Notes: generated from the letters alone by a model not told the origin. DNA of 64,000 bases from Phormidium sp. (GCA_051013385.1 CP143273.1:352001-416000); one strand, 5' to 3'. Positions 20,674 to 32,716 are shown, numbered from the stretch's first letter. Numbers and translations are program-made.

Positions 20674-21840
20674 ATGTCTCATCGTCCCATTTATCTAGAT
20701 AACCATGCGACTTCGCCCCTCGATGAACGGGTATTAGACGCTATGCTTCCTTACTTCCGAGAACATTTTGGCAATCCTGCGAGTGTAAATCATATCTACG
20801 GTTGGGAAGCAGAAGCTGCTGTGAAACAATCTCGGCAAATTTTAGCCCAGGCTATTCACGCCACACCTGAAGAAATTATATTTACTAGTGGGGCAACAGA
20901 AGCTAATAATTTAGCCATCAAAGGTGTTGTTGAAGCTAATTTTCAAAAAGGACGACATATAATTACTGTCCAAACTGAACATAATGCTGTTCTTGACCCT
21001 TGCGAATATTTACAATCCTTGGGTTTTGAAGTTACTTTCCTTCCCGTACAAAAGGATGGATTGCTCGATCTAAACCTGTTGGAAAAAACCATCCGTCAAG
21101 ATACAATTTTAGTTTCTGTAATGGCGGCGAATAACGAAATTGGCGTTTTGCAGCCTTTGGCAGAAATTGGGGCTATTTGTCGGGAACATGAAGTGTTGTT
21201 TCACACCGATGCCGCGCAAGCAATTGGTAAAGTTCCTCTGGATGTAGAGGAGATGAAAATTGATTTAATGTCTTTGACAGCACATAAAATTTATGGGCCA
21301 AAAGGAACTGGTGCTTTATATGTGAGAAGACGCAATCCCAGAGTAAGATTAGCACCACAAATGCACGGTGGTGGACATGAACGGGGAATGCGATCGGGTA
21401 CATTATACACACCACAAATTGTTGGTTTTGCTAAAGCAGTAGAGTTGGGAATTTCCGAAATGGAATCTGAAGCCAAACGACTGACTAATTTACGTCAGCG
21501 TTTGTGGGCAAAAGTTTCCCAACTTCATGGCATTGTGTTAAATGGTCATCCAACTCAAAGATTACCAGGAAACTTAAATATCAGTGTGGAAAATGTCGAT
21601 GGTGCTGCACTTTCCTTGGGATTACAGTCAATAATTGCGGTATCTTCGGGATCGGCTTGCACTTCGGCAAAAAGTGCCCCTTCTCATGTTCTAACAGCCT
21701 TGGGACACTCGCCAGAGTTGGCTTTTTCCACAATTCGCTTTGGAATTGGTCGGTTTAATAATGAGTTAGAAATTGACCTAGCTGCCGAACATTTGTGCAA
21801 GACTATTAAACCCTTGCAGACTGTTTTTAGTTCTATTTAA
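20674..21840 (+). CDS. iscS: Cysteine desulfurase (IscS/NifS family)
   Basis: IYLDNHAT, FTSGATEANN, HTDAAQ, TAHKIYGPKG, SSGSACTS. Confidence 0.92.
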   Translation: MSHRPIYLDNHATSPLDERVLDAMLPYFREHFGNPASVNHIYGWEAEAAVKQSRQILAQAIHATPEEIIFTSGATEANNLAIKGVVEANFQKGRHIITVQTEHNAVLDPCEYLQSLGFEVTFLPVQKDGLLDLNLLEKTIRQDTILVSVMAANNEIGVLQPLAEIGAICREHEVLFHTDAAQAIGKVPLDVEEMKIDLMSLTAHKIYGPKGTGALYVRRRNPRVRLAPQMHGGGHERGMRSGTLYTPQIVGFAKAVELGISEMESEAKRLTNLRQRLWAKVSQLHGIVLNGHPTQRLPGNLNISVENVDGAALSLGLQSIIAVSSGSACTSAKSAPSHVLTALGHSPELAFSTIRFGIGRFNNELEIDLAAEHLCKTIKPLQTVFSSI

Positions 21841-23363
21841 CGATGGTAAAGTTGAGTGGTTTTTCGTAAGCGATCGCTCAATTGAGCATTCAACAAATCG
21901 GAACTAGTAAACCGCCATCGCCAATTTCCCGCATTCACACTAGGGTCATTCATCCGGGCGCGATTATCTAATCCTAAAACATCTTGTAAAGCAATTATTG
22001 CTAAATTGGAAACAGAAGCAAGCGCCATCCGAATGAAAATCCAATTGATTTCTTTAATTTCTTGGTAATGGGAATAGCCTAAATATTCTGCCATGTATAG
22101 CTTTTCTTTGTCACTCGCTTTTTCCCACCAACCAATTATGGTATCATTGTCGTGAGTGCCGGGATAAACCACAGAATTAGGGATGTAATTATGGGGTAAA
22201 TAAGAATTTGTAGAATCATCGGCAAAAGCAAACATTAAAATTCGCATTCCGGGGAAGTTAAAGCGATCGCGCAACTCCTCCACCTCCGGGGTAATAATTC
22301 CCAAATCTTCCGCTAAAACTGGGAGATCTCCTAAAGCTTTGCCCAACTTTTCAAAAAACTCTTCTCCCGGCGCTTTAATCCATTCCCCTTTTAATCCCGT
22401 AGTTTCTCCAGCAGGGATGCGCCAGAAAGCTTCAAAACCCCGAAAATGATCGATTCTCACAATATCTACATATTGCAAAGTCGCTTTAAATCTGTCAATC
22501 CACCAAACATAATTCGTGCTTTGTAAATGTTCCCAATTATAAACCGGATTTCCCCACAATTGCCCAGTTTCGCTAAAATAATCCGGGGGAACACCAGCCA
22601 TCCAAGCAGCTTCTAAAGTTTCGGGATCGAGGGCAAAATTTTCTTGATTCGCCCAAACATCTGCGCTATTATGACAAACATAAATGGAAACATCGCCAAT
22701 TATTTGAATGTTTTTTTCATTGGCATATTTACGTAAAGCTTTCCACTGATCAAAAAACTTAAATTGTAAGAATTGATGATACAAAATTAAGTCTTTAAAA
22801 ACTTCCTTTTGTGCTTTAATTGCTTGTGGTTCTCTTTTCGCAATTGCCCGATCCCAATAATTCCAAGCTTGTCCATTATGCACTTCCAAAAGTGACATAA
22901 ATAGCACATAATCATCTAACCACCAAGCTTGTTCCTGACAAAACTTTTCCAATTCAGGATTTGGTCGATCTTTTAGAGTTAAGCGAAAGCGATCGAACGC
23001 CAATTTCAAATACTCATATTTGTGGGGAATTACTTCGTCAAAATCTACGCGATCGTAAGCACCTTTTTCACTCCCCGCAACAGGCTTTAATTCCTCCGAT
23101 TTTAGCAATCCTTCACTTACTAAATTTTCCAAAGAAATCATTAACGGATTGCCAGCAAAAGCACTATAATTCATAGTATAAGGCGAGTGTTCATATCCCG
23201 TTGGCCCTAACGGTAACACCTGCCAAAATTTTTGACCGCTTTCAACTAAAAAATCGACAAAATTATAAGCTGCTTGTCCTAAATCACCGATGCCAAAATC
23301 GCTAGGTAAACAAGTAGGATGTAGTAAAATACCACTAGAACGCTGCAAAGTCATAGTTTCCAA
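21837..23363 (-). CDS. malQ: 4-alpha-glucanotransferase (GH77)
   Basis: GVPPDYFSETGQLWGNP, RIDHFRG, AEDLG, GTHDN. Confidence 0.95.
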   Translation of the reverse strand: METMTLQRSSGILLHPTCLPSDFGIGDLGQAAYNFVDFLVESGQKFWQVLPLGPTGYEHSPYTMNYSAFAGNPLMISLENLVSEGLLKSEELKPVAGSEKGAYDRVDFDEVIPHKYEYLKLAFDRFRLTLKDRPNPELEKFCQEQAWWLDDYVLFMSLLEVHNGQAWNYWDRAIAKREPQAIKAQKEVFKDLILYHQFLQFKFFDQWKALRKYANEKNIQIIGDVSIYVCHNSADVWANQENFALDPETLEAAWMAGVPPDYFSETGQLWGNPVYNWEHLQSTNYVWWIDRFKATLQYVDIVRIDHFRGFEAFWRIPAGETTGLKGEWIKAPGEEFFEKLGKALGDLPVLAEDLGIITPEVEELRDRFNFPGMRILMFAFADDSTNSYLPHNYIPNSVVYPGTHDNDTIIGWWEKASDKEKLYMAEYLGYSHYQEIKEINWIFIRMALASVSNLAIIALQDVLGLDNRARMNDPSVNAGNWRWRFTSSDLLNAQLSDRLRKTTQLYHR

Positions 23364-23496
23364 TAAATAAGAAATAGAAGGTCAAAAATTTGAGCTTAAA
23401 CCAAAGAGATAATTTCCCTTTATCTACCGGATAATACTAAATCTTCGCAGTCTCCAGCATAAGCCTAAAGAATGATTTTCAAATTAAAAAGTATGG

Positions 23497-23560
23497 GGCA
23501 GGCAGGATGCCCACTCCACAAGAAAGCTGTAACTGTTGTGGGGCGGGCATCCTGCCTGCC
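23497..23560. repeat. Inverted REP-like doublet
   Basis: GGCAGGCAGGATGCCCACTCCACAA ... TTGTGGGGCGGGCATCCTGCCTGCC. Confidence 0.75.
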
Positions 23561-23580
23561 TTGGTTTTTATGTGATTTTA

Positions 23581-25434
23581 CTAAGGTTTTTTCAATGTCC
23601 AAATGCGTCCATAGTTACTAGGAATAGTTAACCAATATTCTTGATAACTGGGAACATTAGTCAAATTATTTACTCCATGCAGTTGTTCTTGGTAATCTCC
23701 ACTAATAGGAAACCAGAAAGGAACTGTTTGATCGGAATTACCAAAATTGAGTGCTACCAAACTAAAACTTTTACTGTCATAGCGTGAGAAAAGCAACACA
23801 TTTTTTGATTGATAACGGTCATAATTATTATAAAAGAAATGTTCACCATTGCGAAATTCCGAATTTTGATGACGCAAATGAATCAAGTTTCTAACTAAAG
23901 AAATTACACTTTTACCAATTGGGTCATAAAAATAATCCCAACGTACTGGACGGAATAACATTACTCGTCCCGATCCCGCATAAGGAAGGTAATAATTTTC
24001 CCCTAATTCTTGACCTTGCCAAAGTAAAGGAATACCTTTAGCAGTAAGCATTCCTATCAAATAAGGTTGTACTTTGTACCATAAATCCCGATTACCTTCT
24101 TGGAGTAATTCATTATCTCGGAATATGGTGCCAAAGTTGCAGACAAAGCGGGAATGGTCATGATTTTCTATGTATTGTAGTGCGGTTTTGCTGATGCGAT
24201 CGCCATTCCTTACTTCCTCAGTAGGATAACCCGCTAAACCAAACTGAAAACCCAATTCTGTTAAAGAAAAACGATTACCAGAAGCCACTCCCTTAGCCGC
24301 ATCCAAGGTCGAATTTTGCCAAGTGCAGTTGCTATAAGTTTCTGCCAAAATTTCTTTTGGTGCTTCCAATTGTTCTGCACATTGAATTAAGTTAATTTCG
24401 CCATTCTGGAAGAATTTTTGCCAATGTCCCCCCGCACTTTGCTTTTCTTTAACTGTTTGATATGTCTGATACGTTAAATTAGCATAACCTTTTCCCGTAG
24501 CACCATCCCAGTAATTAGGGACGCAATCATAGCGAAATCCATCAACATGATAACGGTCAAGCCAGTAGTAATTAACCGTAAAGAAAAAGTCTTGAGTAAA
24601 CTGACGATTAAAATCAGTACTTTCCCCGAAGTAATCTTTGGCGAATCCGCCCATAAATGGATTTTCGCGATAACCTAATTGCCTGTAAATATAACTGTAA
24701 GGGAAATATTCACTGGTATGACCATAAACCACATCTAAAATTACCGCTATGTTTCTTTGGTGTGCTGCATCAATTAATTCTTGCAGGTTCTTTCTGTTGC
24801 CAAATCTTTCATCGACACCAAAATTCCCTATGGGTAAAAATCCCCAATCTACAGTCATTCCCACATTAGAAACTGGCATGATTTCCAGGCAATTAATTCC
24901 CAAATCTGCCAGATAATCCAAGCGTTCAATTGTCCCAGCAATATCACCACCAAATTCGTTAATCATTAACTCATACATCACCAAATCTTGGAGTGCTGGA
25001 GTTTTCCAAATTAATTCATTTTCACTCCATTGATGGTCTTGATATCCCAAGGTGATGGCAGATAATTTACCGATGCCAAATTCTCTGGCAAATGGATCGA
25101 TAATCCAATCAATTTCTCCTCGATTTGGATTAAACAAACAATAACGATAAACGTATTTACCAGGAGTTCCCCAAGCAGATTTAGGATGCGGTTTTGGGTG
25201 ATTTTTGATATCTAGTGTAGCTGACCAATAATCGCCGTATTCGGGATCGATCGCATAACTTAAAGAAAATTCAACAGGTTGAATAAATTGCAGAAATTGA
25301 TCCTGTTCATGGATAATTTTTACCTTTAATTGATTGCCATTATTAGCAGAAACCCAAGGCAAAAACAACCCAAAGTTAATCACACCATCGGAGATTTCTC
25401 TAGCGCCTAACTTATTTAATGGTAAAAGTTTCAT
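23581..25434 (-). CDS. GH13 alpha-amylase family glycoside hydrolase (TreZ/branching-enzyme-like)
   Basis: DVVYGH, DGFRYD, CAEQ, ENHDH conserved GH13 regions. Confidence 0.88.
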   Translation of the reverse strand: MKLLPLNKLGAREISDGVINFGLFLPWVSANNGNQLKVKIIHEQDQFLQFIQPVEFSLSYAIDPEYGDYWSATLDIKNHPKPHPKSAWGTPGKYVYRYCLFNPNRGEIDWIIDPFAREFGIGKLSAITLGYQDHQWSENELIWKTPALQDLVMYELMINEFGGDIAGTIERLDYLADLGINCLEIMPVSNVGMTVDWGFLPIGNFGVDERFGNRKNLQELIDAAHQRNIAVILDVVYGHTSEYFPYSYIYRQLGYRENPFMGGFAKDYFGESTDFNRQFTQDFFFTVNYYWLDRYHVDGFRYDCVPNYWDGATGKGYANLTYQTYQTVKEKQSAGGHWQKFFQNGEINLIQCAEQLEAPKEILAETYSNCTWQNSTLDAAKGVASGNRFSLTELGFQFGLAGYPTEEVRNGDRISKTALQYIENHDHSRFVCNFGTIFRDNELLQEGNRDLWYKVQPYLIGMLTAKGIPLLWQGQELGENYYLPYAGSGRVMLFRPVRWDYFYDPIGKSVISLVRNLIHLRHQNSEFRNGEHFFYNNYDRYQSKNVLLFSRYDSKSFSLVALNFGNSDQTVPFWFPISGDYQEQLHGVNNLTNVPSYQEYWLTIPSNYGRIWTLKKP

Positions 25435-25520
25435 TTGATGTTATGTTACGTTTATGTCTGAAATTTGGTTCAAGTTCCTTATTCAGTAATAAACAATCAA
25501 CTCCCGGAATTTTTACTAAA

Positions 25521-26705
25521 TTACCACATAACGTGATTTCTTTCTTTAATCACTCGCTGATAAACATCTTGAGTCTGTAAAGCTAAATCAGCCCAACAAA
25601 ACCGCTGTTTCAAATCGTGGTAAGCATTCTCTACTAAATGCTGCGCTAACTCTGGATGACGCAAAACTTCTAAAATTCCCCAAGCTAAGGAATCAGCATT
25701 ATTTGTCCAAGTTACGATCCCAGTTTTACCATGTTGCACTACTTCCGGCAAACCGCCTGTATCTGAAACTACCACAGGTACTTTCGCCGCAAAACTTTCT
25801 AACGCGACAATACCAAAAGGTTCATAAAGACTGGGAAAAACCGCACAATTAGCAATTGTTTGAAATTTGTTCAAATCTTCATCCGACATGAAACCAGTAA
25901 AACAACAATTATCCCAAATTCCCGCTTGCCAAGCTTGCTGTTTCAGATGATCGGTGTTACCTCCACCAACGATCACTATTTTAACTTTTCCTTTCATTTC
26001 CCAAATTACTCTAGGTGCAGCATTTAACAGCAACCAAACACCTTTTTCATGAGAAATTCTCCCCACATAATAGACAATTTTTTCATCATCTTTGGCAAAG
26101 CGGCGACGAAATTCTTGGCGATCGAAACCATTACCATTTTTCTTTTCGGCGCGAATGCCATTATAAATGATATCTATTTTATCTTGGGGAGTAACTAAAA
26201 CTCTACTTACTTCTTGACGCATATATTCCGTGCAAACAATCACTCGCCAAGATTCATAAGTCAGGCGTTTTTCCTTTTCACAAATGTAACGTTGCTGATA
26301 ATTATGAATGCCATTATAACGACCATATTCTGTGGCATGAATCGTCGTTACTAAAGGAATTTTGAAATAATGTTTCAGAGCGATCGCTGCATCTCCCACT
26401 AACCAATCATGAGCATGAATAACATCAAATGGCCCCTCTTCCATAATCAGTTTACCGCCATGAATACCCATGCTATTATTCAAATTGCCAACCCAGTGCA
26501 GAAAATCATGCCCCCAGCTTACTGGTATTCGGTGGATATGTATCCCTTCTACCAATTCATACATCGGTGCTTCCCCGAACTCTGATGTAATCAAATGGAC
26601 TTCATGCCCCAGTTTGACTAATTCCGGGTATAGTTCTGCTACGTGACGAGAAATTCCTCCCACAATTCGCGGCGGAAATTCCCAAGATAACACCAGAATT
26701 TTCAT
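25521..26705 (-). CDS. GT4 glycosyltransferase
   Basis: WEFPPRIVGG, HAHDW, PSLYEPFGIVALE. Confidence 0.92.
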   Translation of the reverse strand: MKILVLSWEFPPRIVGGISRHVAELYPELVKLGHEVHLITSEFGEAPMYELVEGIHIHRIPVSWGHDFLHWVGNLNNSMGIHGGKLIMEEGPFDVIHAHDWLVGDAAIALKHYFKIPLVTTIHATEYGRYNGIHNYQQRYICEKEKRLTYESWRVIVCTEYMRQEVSRVLVTPQDKIDIIYNGIRAEKKNGNGFDRQEFRRRFAKDDEKIVYYVGRISHEKGVWLLLNAAPRVIWEMKGKVKIVIVGGGNTDHLKQQAWQAGIWDNCCFTGFMSDEDLNKFQTIANCAVFPSLYEPFGIVALESFAAKVPVVVSDTGGLPEVVQHGKTGIVTWTNNADSLAWGILEVLRHPELAQHLVENAYHDLKQRFCWADLALQTQDVYQRVIKERNHVMW

Positions 26706-26827
26706 CAGTACCAATTCCAATAAGCTAAGAGAGTTTAAGTAAGCTACATTACAAACCAATACTATCAGTATGGTCATTGTAGCTTACTGGGTTTAGTTAT
26801 GTTAAGAAATTCTTTCCCAGGTTGGCT

Positions 26828-28630
26828 CTAACACTTGGGTTTATTTAAGATTGGCGCGATTTTCTGGCGGAATATCTGCCATGCAGAAACAGCATCAGGT
26901 TTAGATTTTACTGCCTTCTGCATAAGAATAACTCCATCTTCAAAGCCAATTATTCCGTATAACCCATTACCAAATAGTTTATCAATAGTTCGCACGCTAT
27001 CTTGTAAAATTTGGCAATCAGTTTTAAAGGCAACTTGGTATTTATTTAATTGCCATAAATCTGCGATCGCATAATCTACACTTACCACCTCTTTGAGATC
27101 GTTAGTAAACTGTAAAGCTGGAAACCTAATAATCTCCCGCCTTCCAGATAAATGAGGCACTATATAAGTAGTTGCTGCCACACTTTCATCTGCTGGAATT
27201 CTATCTAATAGGTTACGGATACTACCTGCGTGCTTCCACTGAACATTTATTGGTATATATACCAAAGGGCGAAATGAGTCTGGTACAAGGAAAGATAAAG
27301 TACGATTTGGGTTAGAAGTGAAAGTAAACACCAGCGAAAGGCAGATACAAATTATCCAAAACCTCTGTATAGATAATTTCAGCAATTTCGGGTGTTTTTC
27401 CCAGCAATTTACCAACTTACCAATTGTTTCTTCCACACCCCGAAAAATTGGGTAAGCAAAGAAATGACGTAGGGAAATTAAACCACCAGCGATTAAATCT
27501 CTGACAGGCGCATCAATTAATTTTTCTCTTCCTGCTGCCCACCAAAGAATTGTACCGTAGCAAAGTCCCGGAACCACAGTCATCGCATAGCGAATATTAA
27601 TTGCTAGTACAGACTGTCCTTGACCCAACAGTAATTTTAGCAGCGGAAAACCTGCGATCGCCCAAGCCGAGGGAGAAAAAGCGGGAACAAAAGCAAAAGG
27701 CAACCAATGTGCCAAAAAATAAGTGATAGTTCGGTCTAAAGGCGTAACTAATTCTACAAACAACCGCCAAGGATTCGTAACCATTCCCCAGATAATTTCT
27801 ACAGTAGAAGCCTCAGTTCCCTCGGCATACTGACCAAACCTTTCCATCATAAATCGTTGGGAAATATCCGCCGAAAATATTGGCATGATTAGGTTAGTCA
27901 ACACCAGCATATAACCAAAAGCCAGAACACAAACCCCTAAACCAATCCGAGGAAACCTCCGACTAGCTATCATGTAAAAACCGACACCAAACAAACTGAC
28001 TCCCCCATCTTCCCTGACTGCTAAAATTAGAACTGCCAATAAACCAAACAGCCACCACCAACGTTTTTCCATCGCCAAAAGCAACCCAAACATAAATAAG
28101 GGGATTTGGCAGATATCATGGAAGTTAGAGAGAGTAGGGCCGATAATTGCGTTAGCACCATAAAAACCAAAAGTAATTATTGTTGCTAGACGTGGTTGCA
28201 GATATTGTCTAGCCAAGGAGTACAAAACTAAACCAGCAACAGTAACCAAAGTAACCTGCAATACAGTCAAGGTTGTAGGAGCGGGAAACAATGAATACAA
28301 GGGAATCCAGAGCAACAAAGCTGGTGTGAAATGCTGCCCTAATCTGTGATAAAACACAGACGGTACTTCACCGTTGTGGACTACGTTCGTCGATAACTGG
28401 GAGGACAGAGAACTTTGAAAAAATCGACCGTGAATACCATTCCAAAAAACCTGATTAAATATTCCTTGGTCGTAGGAGGCGTAAAACGTGAAATAACGAT
28501 GCAGAGTCAAACCCAACATCAGCACGAAAAACGCGATCGCTACAGCAATCACCCCTCTTGAATAGGGATGTTTCCTCCCGTTTAGTACCATCACTCGCTT
28601 AACATTCAACGCCGATGATAAGCCTCTCAC
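26828..28630 (-). CDS. DUF2079 family membrane protein (GT-C-like)
   Basis: YDQGIFNQVFW, GQHFTP, NFHD, LAVRED; many TM segments. Confidence 0.8.
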   Translation of the reverse strand: MRGLSSALNVKRVMVLNGRKHPYSRGVIAVAIAFFVLMLGLTLHRYFTFYASYDQGIFNQVFWNGIHGRFFQSSLSSQLSTNVVHNGEVPSVFYHRLGQHFTPALLLWIPLYSLFPAPTTLTVLQVTLVTVAGLVLYSLARQYLQPRLATIITFGFYGANAIIGPTLSNFHDICQIPLFMFGLLLAMEKRWWWLFGLLAVLILAVREDGGVSLFGVGFYMIASRRFPRIGLGVCVLAFGYMLVLTNLIMPIFSADISQRFMMERFGQYAEGTEASTVEIIWGMVTNPWRLFVELVTPLDRTITYFLAHWLPFAFVPAFSPSAWAIAGFPLLKLLLGQGQSVLAINIRYAMTVVPGLCYGTILWWAAGREKLIDAPVRDLIAGGLISLRHFFAYPIFRGVEETIGKLVNCWEKHPKLLKLSIQRFWIICICLSLVFTFTSNPNRTLSFLVPDSFRPLVYIPINVQWKHAGSIRNLLDRIPADESVAATTYIVPHLSGRREIIRFPALQFTNDLKEVVSVDYAIADLWQLNKYQVAFKTDCQILQDSVRTIDKLFGNGLYGIIGFEDGVILMQKAVKSKPDAVSAWQIFRQKIAPILNKPKC

Positions 28631-28847
28631 ATTGCTTTCAATTACTCAAGAGACTAACCACAATGCTTTTACCACCCCCGTTCTGAGATGGCATAGCCAC
28701 TTTCGGGTCAAAATCAATAAGTTTTCAATAGTACCAGGCTCCCTAAGTACCCAAAACGCGATAGCTTATAGATATAGGAGCTATGGGTAAGCTATTCTAC
28801 CTGGAACAGGTTTCGCGATCGTCAACTTCTAGAAAAGGTTTAACAAT

Positions 28848-30029
28848 TTGTCCGCCGTGGTGAATAGAGATTGCATACCAGCAGATGCTGAAAAATTAAC
28901 TCATCCCCAAACGCCTCTACAGCTATTATTATTTGTAGACCAGCGTCCGAGTTCCCATGAGCAACTACAGCGGCTTCTTGTCTATCTAGAACATCTCAGG
29001 AGTGATTACCCCTTTGAACTTGAGATAGTCGATGTTGGACAACAACCATACCTCGCCGAACACTTCAAACTAGTAGCAACCCCAGCCTTAGTCAAAATTC
29101 ACCCACCACCACGCCAAACACTAGCTGGAAGTAATTTACTCTGTCAGTTACAAGATTGGTGGCCTCGTTGGAAAAATAGTGCCGAAGATTACGTAAAACT
29201 GCACGAATGGCCTAACAGTAATACTCAAAATACCCCTTGCTTTGCTGACTTTGCCGAACTGATTCGCCTCTCGGAAGAAATATTTCGCTTAAAGAAAGAG
29301 AAAGAGGAATTGCAACAGCAATTGCAGTTTAAAGACCGCATCATTGCCATGTTAGCTCACGATCTTCGCAACCCCCTAACCGCTTCCTTAATCGCCCTAG
29401 AAACATTACAATCTAATTACAACATTGAAACAGGATTCAGCCCCAAATTATCACCCGCTTTAATCATGCGTTTAATTAAACAAGCGCGGATACAATCTCT
29501 CAATATCGAACGGCTGATTACTGATATTTTACAAGCAGCACAGGGAAGTTGTGCCGAACTGCGTATTTTACCGAAAAAGCTAGACTTAGCTGTACTTTGT
29601 AAGGATGTAATCGATTGTTTAAAACATCGATTTGAAAGCAAATCTCAAGACTTGAAAACTGATATTCCCAATGACCTTCCTTTGGTTTATGCTGACCCAG
29701 AAAGAGTGCGTCAAGTGTTAGTAAATCTTTTGGATAACGCCAACAAATATACTCCCGAAGGTGGCACAATTGAAATTTGTATCTTACATCGAACTACCCA
29801 AAAAGTTCAGGTCAGTGTAGGTGACAATGGGCTAGGTGTGCCTGAAGAAGACCGCGAAGCTATTTTTGAAGAACACTACCGCCTCAAGCGAGACAAAGAT
29901 AAAGAAGGATACGGAATTGGTTTATCTCTTTGTCAACGTATTATTCGTGCTCACTATGGTCGAATCTGGGTAGATTCTGTGGCAAAAGGTGGTAGTTGTT
30001 TTAGTTTTACTCTTCCTGTTTATCGTTAG
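28848..30029 (+). CDS. sasA: Adaptive-response sensory kinase SasA
   Basis: KaiB-like N-terminus ([18 protein letters not shown]), [18 protein letters not shown]. Confidence 0.92.
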   Translation: MSAVVNRDCIPADAEKLTHPQTPLQLLLFVDQRPSSHEQLQRLLVYLEHLRSDYPFELEIVDVGQQPYLAEHFKLVATPALVKIHPPPRQTLAGSNLLCQLQDWWPRWKNSAEDYVKLHEWPNSNTQNTPCFADFAELIRLSEEIFRLKKEKEELQQQLQFKDRIIAMLAHDLRNPLTASLIALETLQSNYNIETGFSPKLSPALIMRLIKQARIQSLNIERLITDILQAAQGSCAELRILPKKLDLAVLCKDVIDCLKHRFESKSQDLKTDIPNDLPLVYADPERVRQVLVNLLDNANKYTPEGGTIEICILHRTTQKVQVSVGDNGLGVPEEDREAIFEEHYRLKRDKDKEGYGIGLSLCQRIIRAHYGRIWVDSVAKGGSCFSFTLPVYR

Positions 30030-30098
30030 TCATTTGTCATTTGTCATTTGTCATTTGTCATTGGTAAAGAGATTGACGAATGACTTTCATAAGCATTA

Positions 30099-30509
30099 TC
30101 AAATCTCTTTTAAAGCTTGAATAATTTGTAAATTAGCTATGGGAAATTCATAACTAGGTAATTCATTCACCGTCACCCAGCGAATTTCATCACATTCTAT
30201 TGGCTGAGGTTCTCCACTTTTATGACGGCAATGATAAACATTTAAAGTTACATGAAATTGACTATAAGTGTGGTCAATAGTAATTAAATGATCGCCTATT
30301 TCTACCCCAATTGCTAACTCTTCTTGAATTTCTCTTTTAATACAATCTTGTACAGTTTCGCCCGGTTCTAACTTGCCACCCGGAAACTCCCACAATCCTC
30401 CCATTAATCCTTCTTTTCGACGGCGATCGATCAAAATTTTACCTTGTTCATTCCAAATAACTGCAACACCAATGTTTTTGTGAGGTAGGGGGGGAATATT
30501 TTCTAACAT
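30099..30509 (-). CDS. mutT: 8-oxo-dGTP diphosphatase (NUDIX)
   Basis: WEFPGGKLEPGET...REIQEEL Nudix box; FPIAN. Confidence 0.88.
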   Translation of the reverse strand: MLENIPPLPHKNIGVAVIWNEQGKILIDRRRKEGLMGGLWEFPGGKLEPGETVQDCIKREIQEELAIGVEIGDHLITIDHTYSQFHVTLNVYHCRHKSGEPQPIECDEIRWVTVNELPSYEFPIANLQIIQALKEI

Positions 30510-30738
30510 AGGCAGGGGGGCAGGGGGGCAGGGGAGCGGGGGAGCAGGGGAGCTTCAGAAGAGGATTAGGATAATGTTTCCATTAATGGTTGATATCCCT
30601 ACTTTCTTAATTTTCAGAAAGTGGGGAAAATAGGGGAAGTTTTTTAGACAAAAAGTTTAGTAATTAAAAGGTTTTTTCTGGGTAATTTGAATTTCTATTC
30701 AGGCAAGCAATTAAGTTAGCTCATCCTCTGCGATCGCA

Positions 30739-31083
30739 CTATTGAGCTTCTGAAGAGTTGGCTTCTGTTGCTTGTAAAGACTTCTCGAAAGCCATTCTTT
30801 GTTCCGCATTCCGCAGAAAATAACCGCTAATCATCGCTGACGCTAATAGCCTTCCTAAATGTTCCCGATTAGTGGTAATGGTAATCCCAAATTGTTCGGA
30901 AGGTAAATTTCCCAAAAGTCCCACTATATTACGTTCCATTACCTGAAATACATCCCCAGATGTGGGTTTAGAGAGTTGGGCGATCGTTTCTGGGCTCAGG
31001 GATTGTACGTATTGCCACAGCCAATTATTTGATTCTGGCTCATCTCCAGAAAATTCGGGGAATCGATTGGATGGATGTTTCAC
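30739..31083 (-). CDS. DUF760 family protein
   Basis: LLGNLP...GRLLASAMISGYFLRNAEQR. Confidence 0.85.
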   Translation of the reverse strand: MKHPSNRFPEFSGDEPESNNWLWQYVQSLSPETIAQLSKPTSGDVFQVMERNIVGLLGNLPSEQFGITITTNREHLGRLLASAMISGYFLRNAEQRMAFEKSLQATEANSSEAQ

Positions 31084-31299
31084 TTTGTTATCTCCCTTTT
31101 ACTTGCAGCCTCTTAAGTTTTTGCTTGAGATGTCTTGGCAGCAGTCTATGGTTCTGGTACTAAAATGACTAGCTAAGAGTTTCTGTTTCACTACTCTAGC
31201 AGTCTATTTATGAAAATGGCATCTTTTCAATTTGAAAATTCAAAATTCCAAATGAAGAAATCCACTGATTAACAGTATTATTTCAGTGAATTTCCCCTT

Positions 31300-32256
31300 T
31301 CAACTGGCGATAAATTCGTCGATGTCGGCTTTACGTTTGCGGAGTTTAGTGAGTGCTTCCCGTTCAATTTGGCGGACTCTTTCGCGGCTAATATTTAAGC
31401 GATCGCCAATTTTCGCCAAAGTCAACGCTTGCCCATCTTCCAAACCAAAACGCATTGCCAATACCTGCTGCTGCTGCGGGGTTAACTCTGCCATCAGCTT
31501 TTCCAAATCTGTATGCAGAGCCGACTGGACAGCAAAATCTTCTGGTGAAAGACCAGTATCTTCTAAAAGTTCTCCCAATTCTGTATCCTGGTTATCTCCG
31601 ACGCGCAAATCTAACGATAAAGGTTGACGCGCCCTTTCTAAATATTCCCGGACTTGTTTGGGAGTTAAATCTAATTCTTTTGCCAGTTCTGCTGCTGTGG
31701 CTGCTCTGCCCAACTGTTGAGAAAGCTGACGTTGAGCTTTTTTAATTTTATTGAGTTTTTCAGTAATATGAATAGGTAAGCGAATCGTGCGACCTTTTTC
31801 TGCGATCGCACGAGTAATAGCTTGGCGAATCCACCAGTAAGCATAAGTGGAAAATCGGTAGCCTTTAGTCGGGTCGAATTTTTCTACCCCTCGCTGCATT
31901 CCGATACTGCCTTCCTGAATCAGATCCAACAAATCTACATTACGTTTTATGTATTTTTTGGCAACTGATACCACCAATCGCAAGTTAGCTTCCACCATCT
32001 TACGCTTGGCATATTCGCCCTCTCTCACAATCTGATCCAATTCTGCCTCAGACAGACCAGATTGCTGCGCCCACTCAGCATTAGTGGGTTCATGACCTAA
32101 CTGAGCAGCCAAAGATTCTTTCTCAGCCTGCAAAGCCGTTAAGCGCTGTACTTGCTTACCGTACATAATCTCCTGTTCGTGAGTTAGCAAGGGAACCCGA
32201 CCAATTTCACGTAGGTAGGTGCGCACAAGATCTGTTGATGTCTGACTGGTCTTCAT
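31300..32256 (-). CDS. sigD: Group 2 RNA polymerase sigma factor (SigD-like)
   Basis: [43 protein letters not shown]; no region 1.1; the sigD subtype is less certain than the family. Confidence 0.75.
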   Translation of the reverse strand: MKTSQTSTDLVRTYLREIGRVPLLTHEQEIMYGKQVQRLTALQAEKESLAAQLGHEPTNAEWAQQSGLSEAELDQIVREGEYAKRKMVEANLRLVVSVAKKYIKRNVDLLDLIQEGSIGMQRGVEKFDPTKGYRFSTYAYWWIRQAITRAIAEKGRTIRLPIHITEKLNKIKKAQRQLSQQLGRAATAAELAKELDLTPKQVREYLERARQPLSLDLRVGDNQDTELGELLEDTGLSPEDFAVQSALHTDLEKLMAELTPQQQQVLAMRFGLEDGQALTLAKIGDRLNISRERVRQIEREALTKLRKRKADIDEFIAS

Positions 32257-32452
32257 GGCGCTTTACTTTAACTATTATTAACAATTGTAACTTTTCTGAG
32301 TGAATTTGTACAGCGTCTTGTATGTATTACTGGCACTATTTAGCACCAGTCCCATCCTTTGATAAAGGCGACGAGGTTTAGATATAGAGGGTACAGCAGG
32401 AACTAAGTAAAAATTGCATCCTGTAAAACAAAATCATAATGATTTTAGGGGG

Positions 32453-32633
32453 GACTGGGGACAAGGGGACAAGGGGACAAGGGGGACAAGGGGGACAAGG
32501 GGGACAAGGGGACAAGGGGACAAGGGGACAAGGGGGACAAGGGGACAAGGGGACAAGGGGACAAGAAGAATTAAATTTTACCTTTCCCCTCTGCTCCCCT
32601 GCCCCTCTGCTCCCCTGCCCCTCTGCCCCTGTT
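32453..32633. repeat. STRR-type tandem repeats
   Basis: (GGGGACAA/GGGGGACAA)n followed by (CTGCCCCT/CTGCTCCC)n. Confidence 0.9.
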
Positions 32634-32716
32634 CCCGAAAATTTACCCAGGGGCTCTGGCTTATAATCGCAGGTAGTGCAAAAATAATCCATAAATTTTT
32701 AATGAAGAGTTGCACC

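Noticed and set aside
32262..32295. HLR1 (RpaB) site upstream of the sigma factor
   Set aside because: One good GTTACAAT half-site on the minus strand, but the partner repeats have at least two mismatches; too weak to call.
32378..32716. ORFs with GTR/GQG/PCP repeats and a 100-aa extension of ycf23
   Set aside because: Products of stop-free STRR repeats; Ycf23 similarity begins at about 32717.
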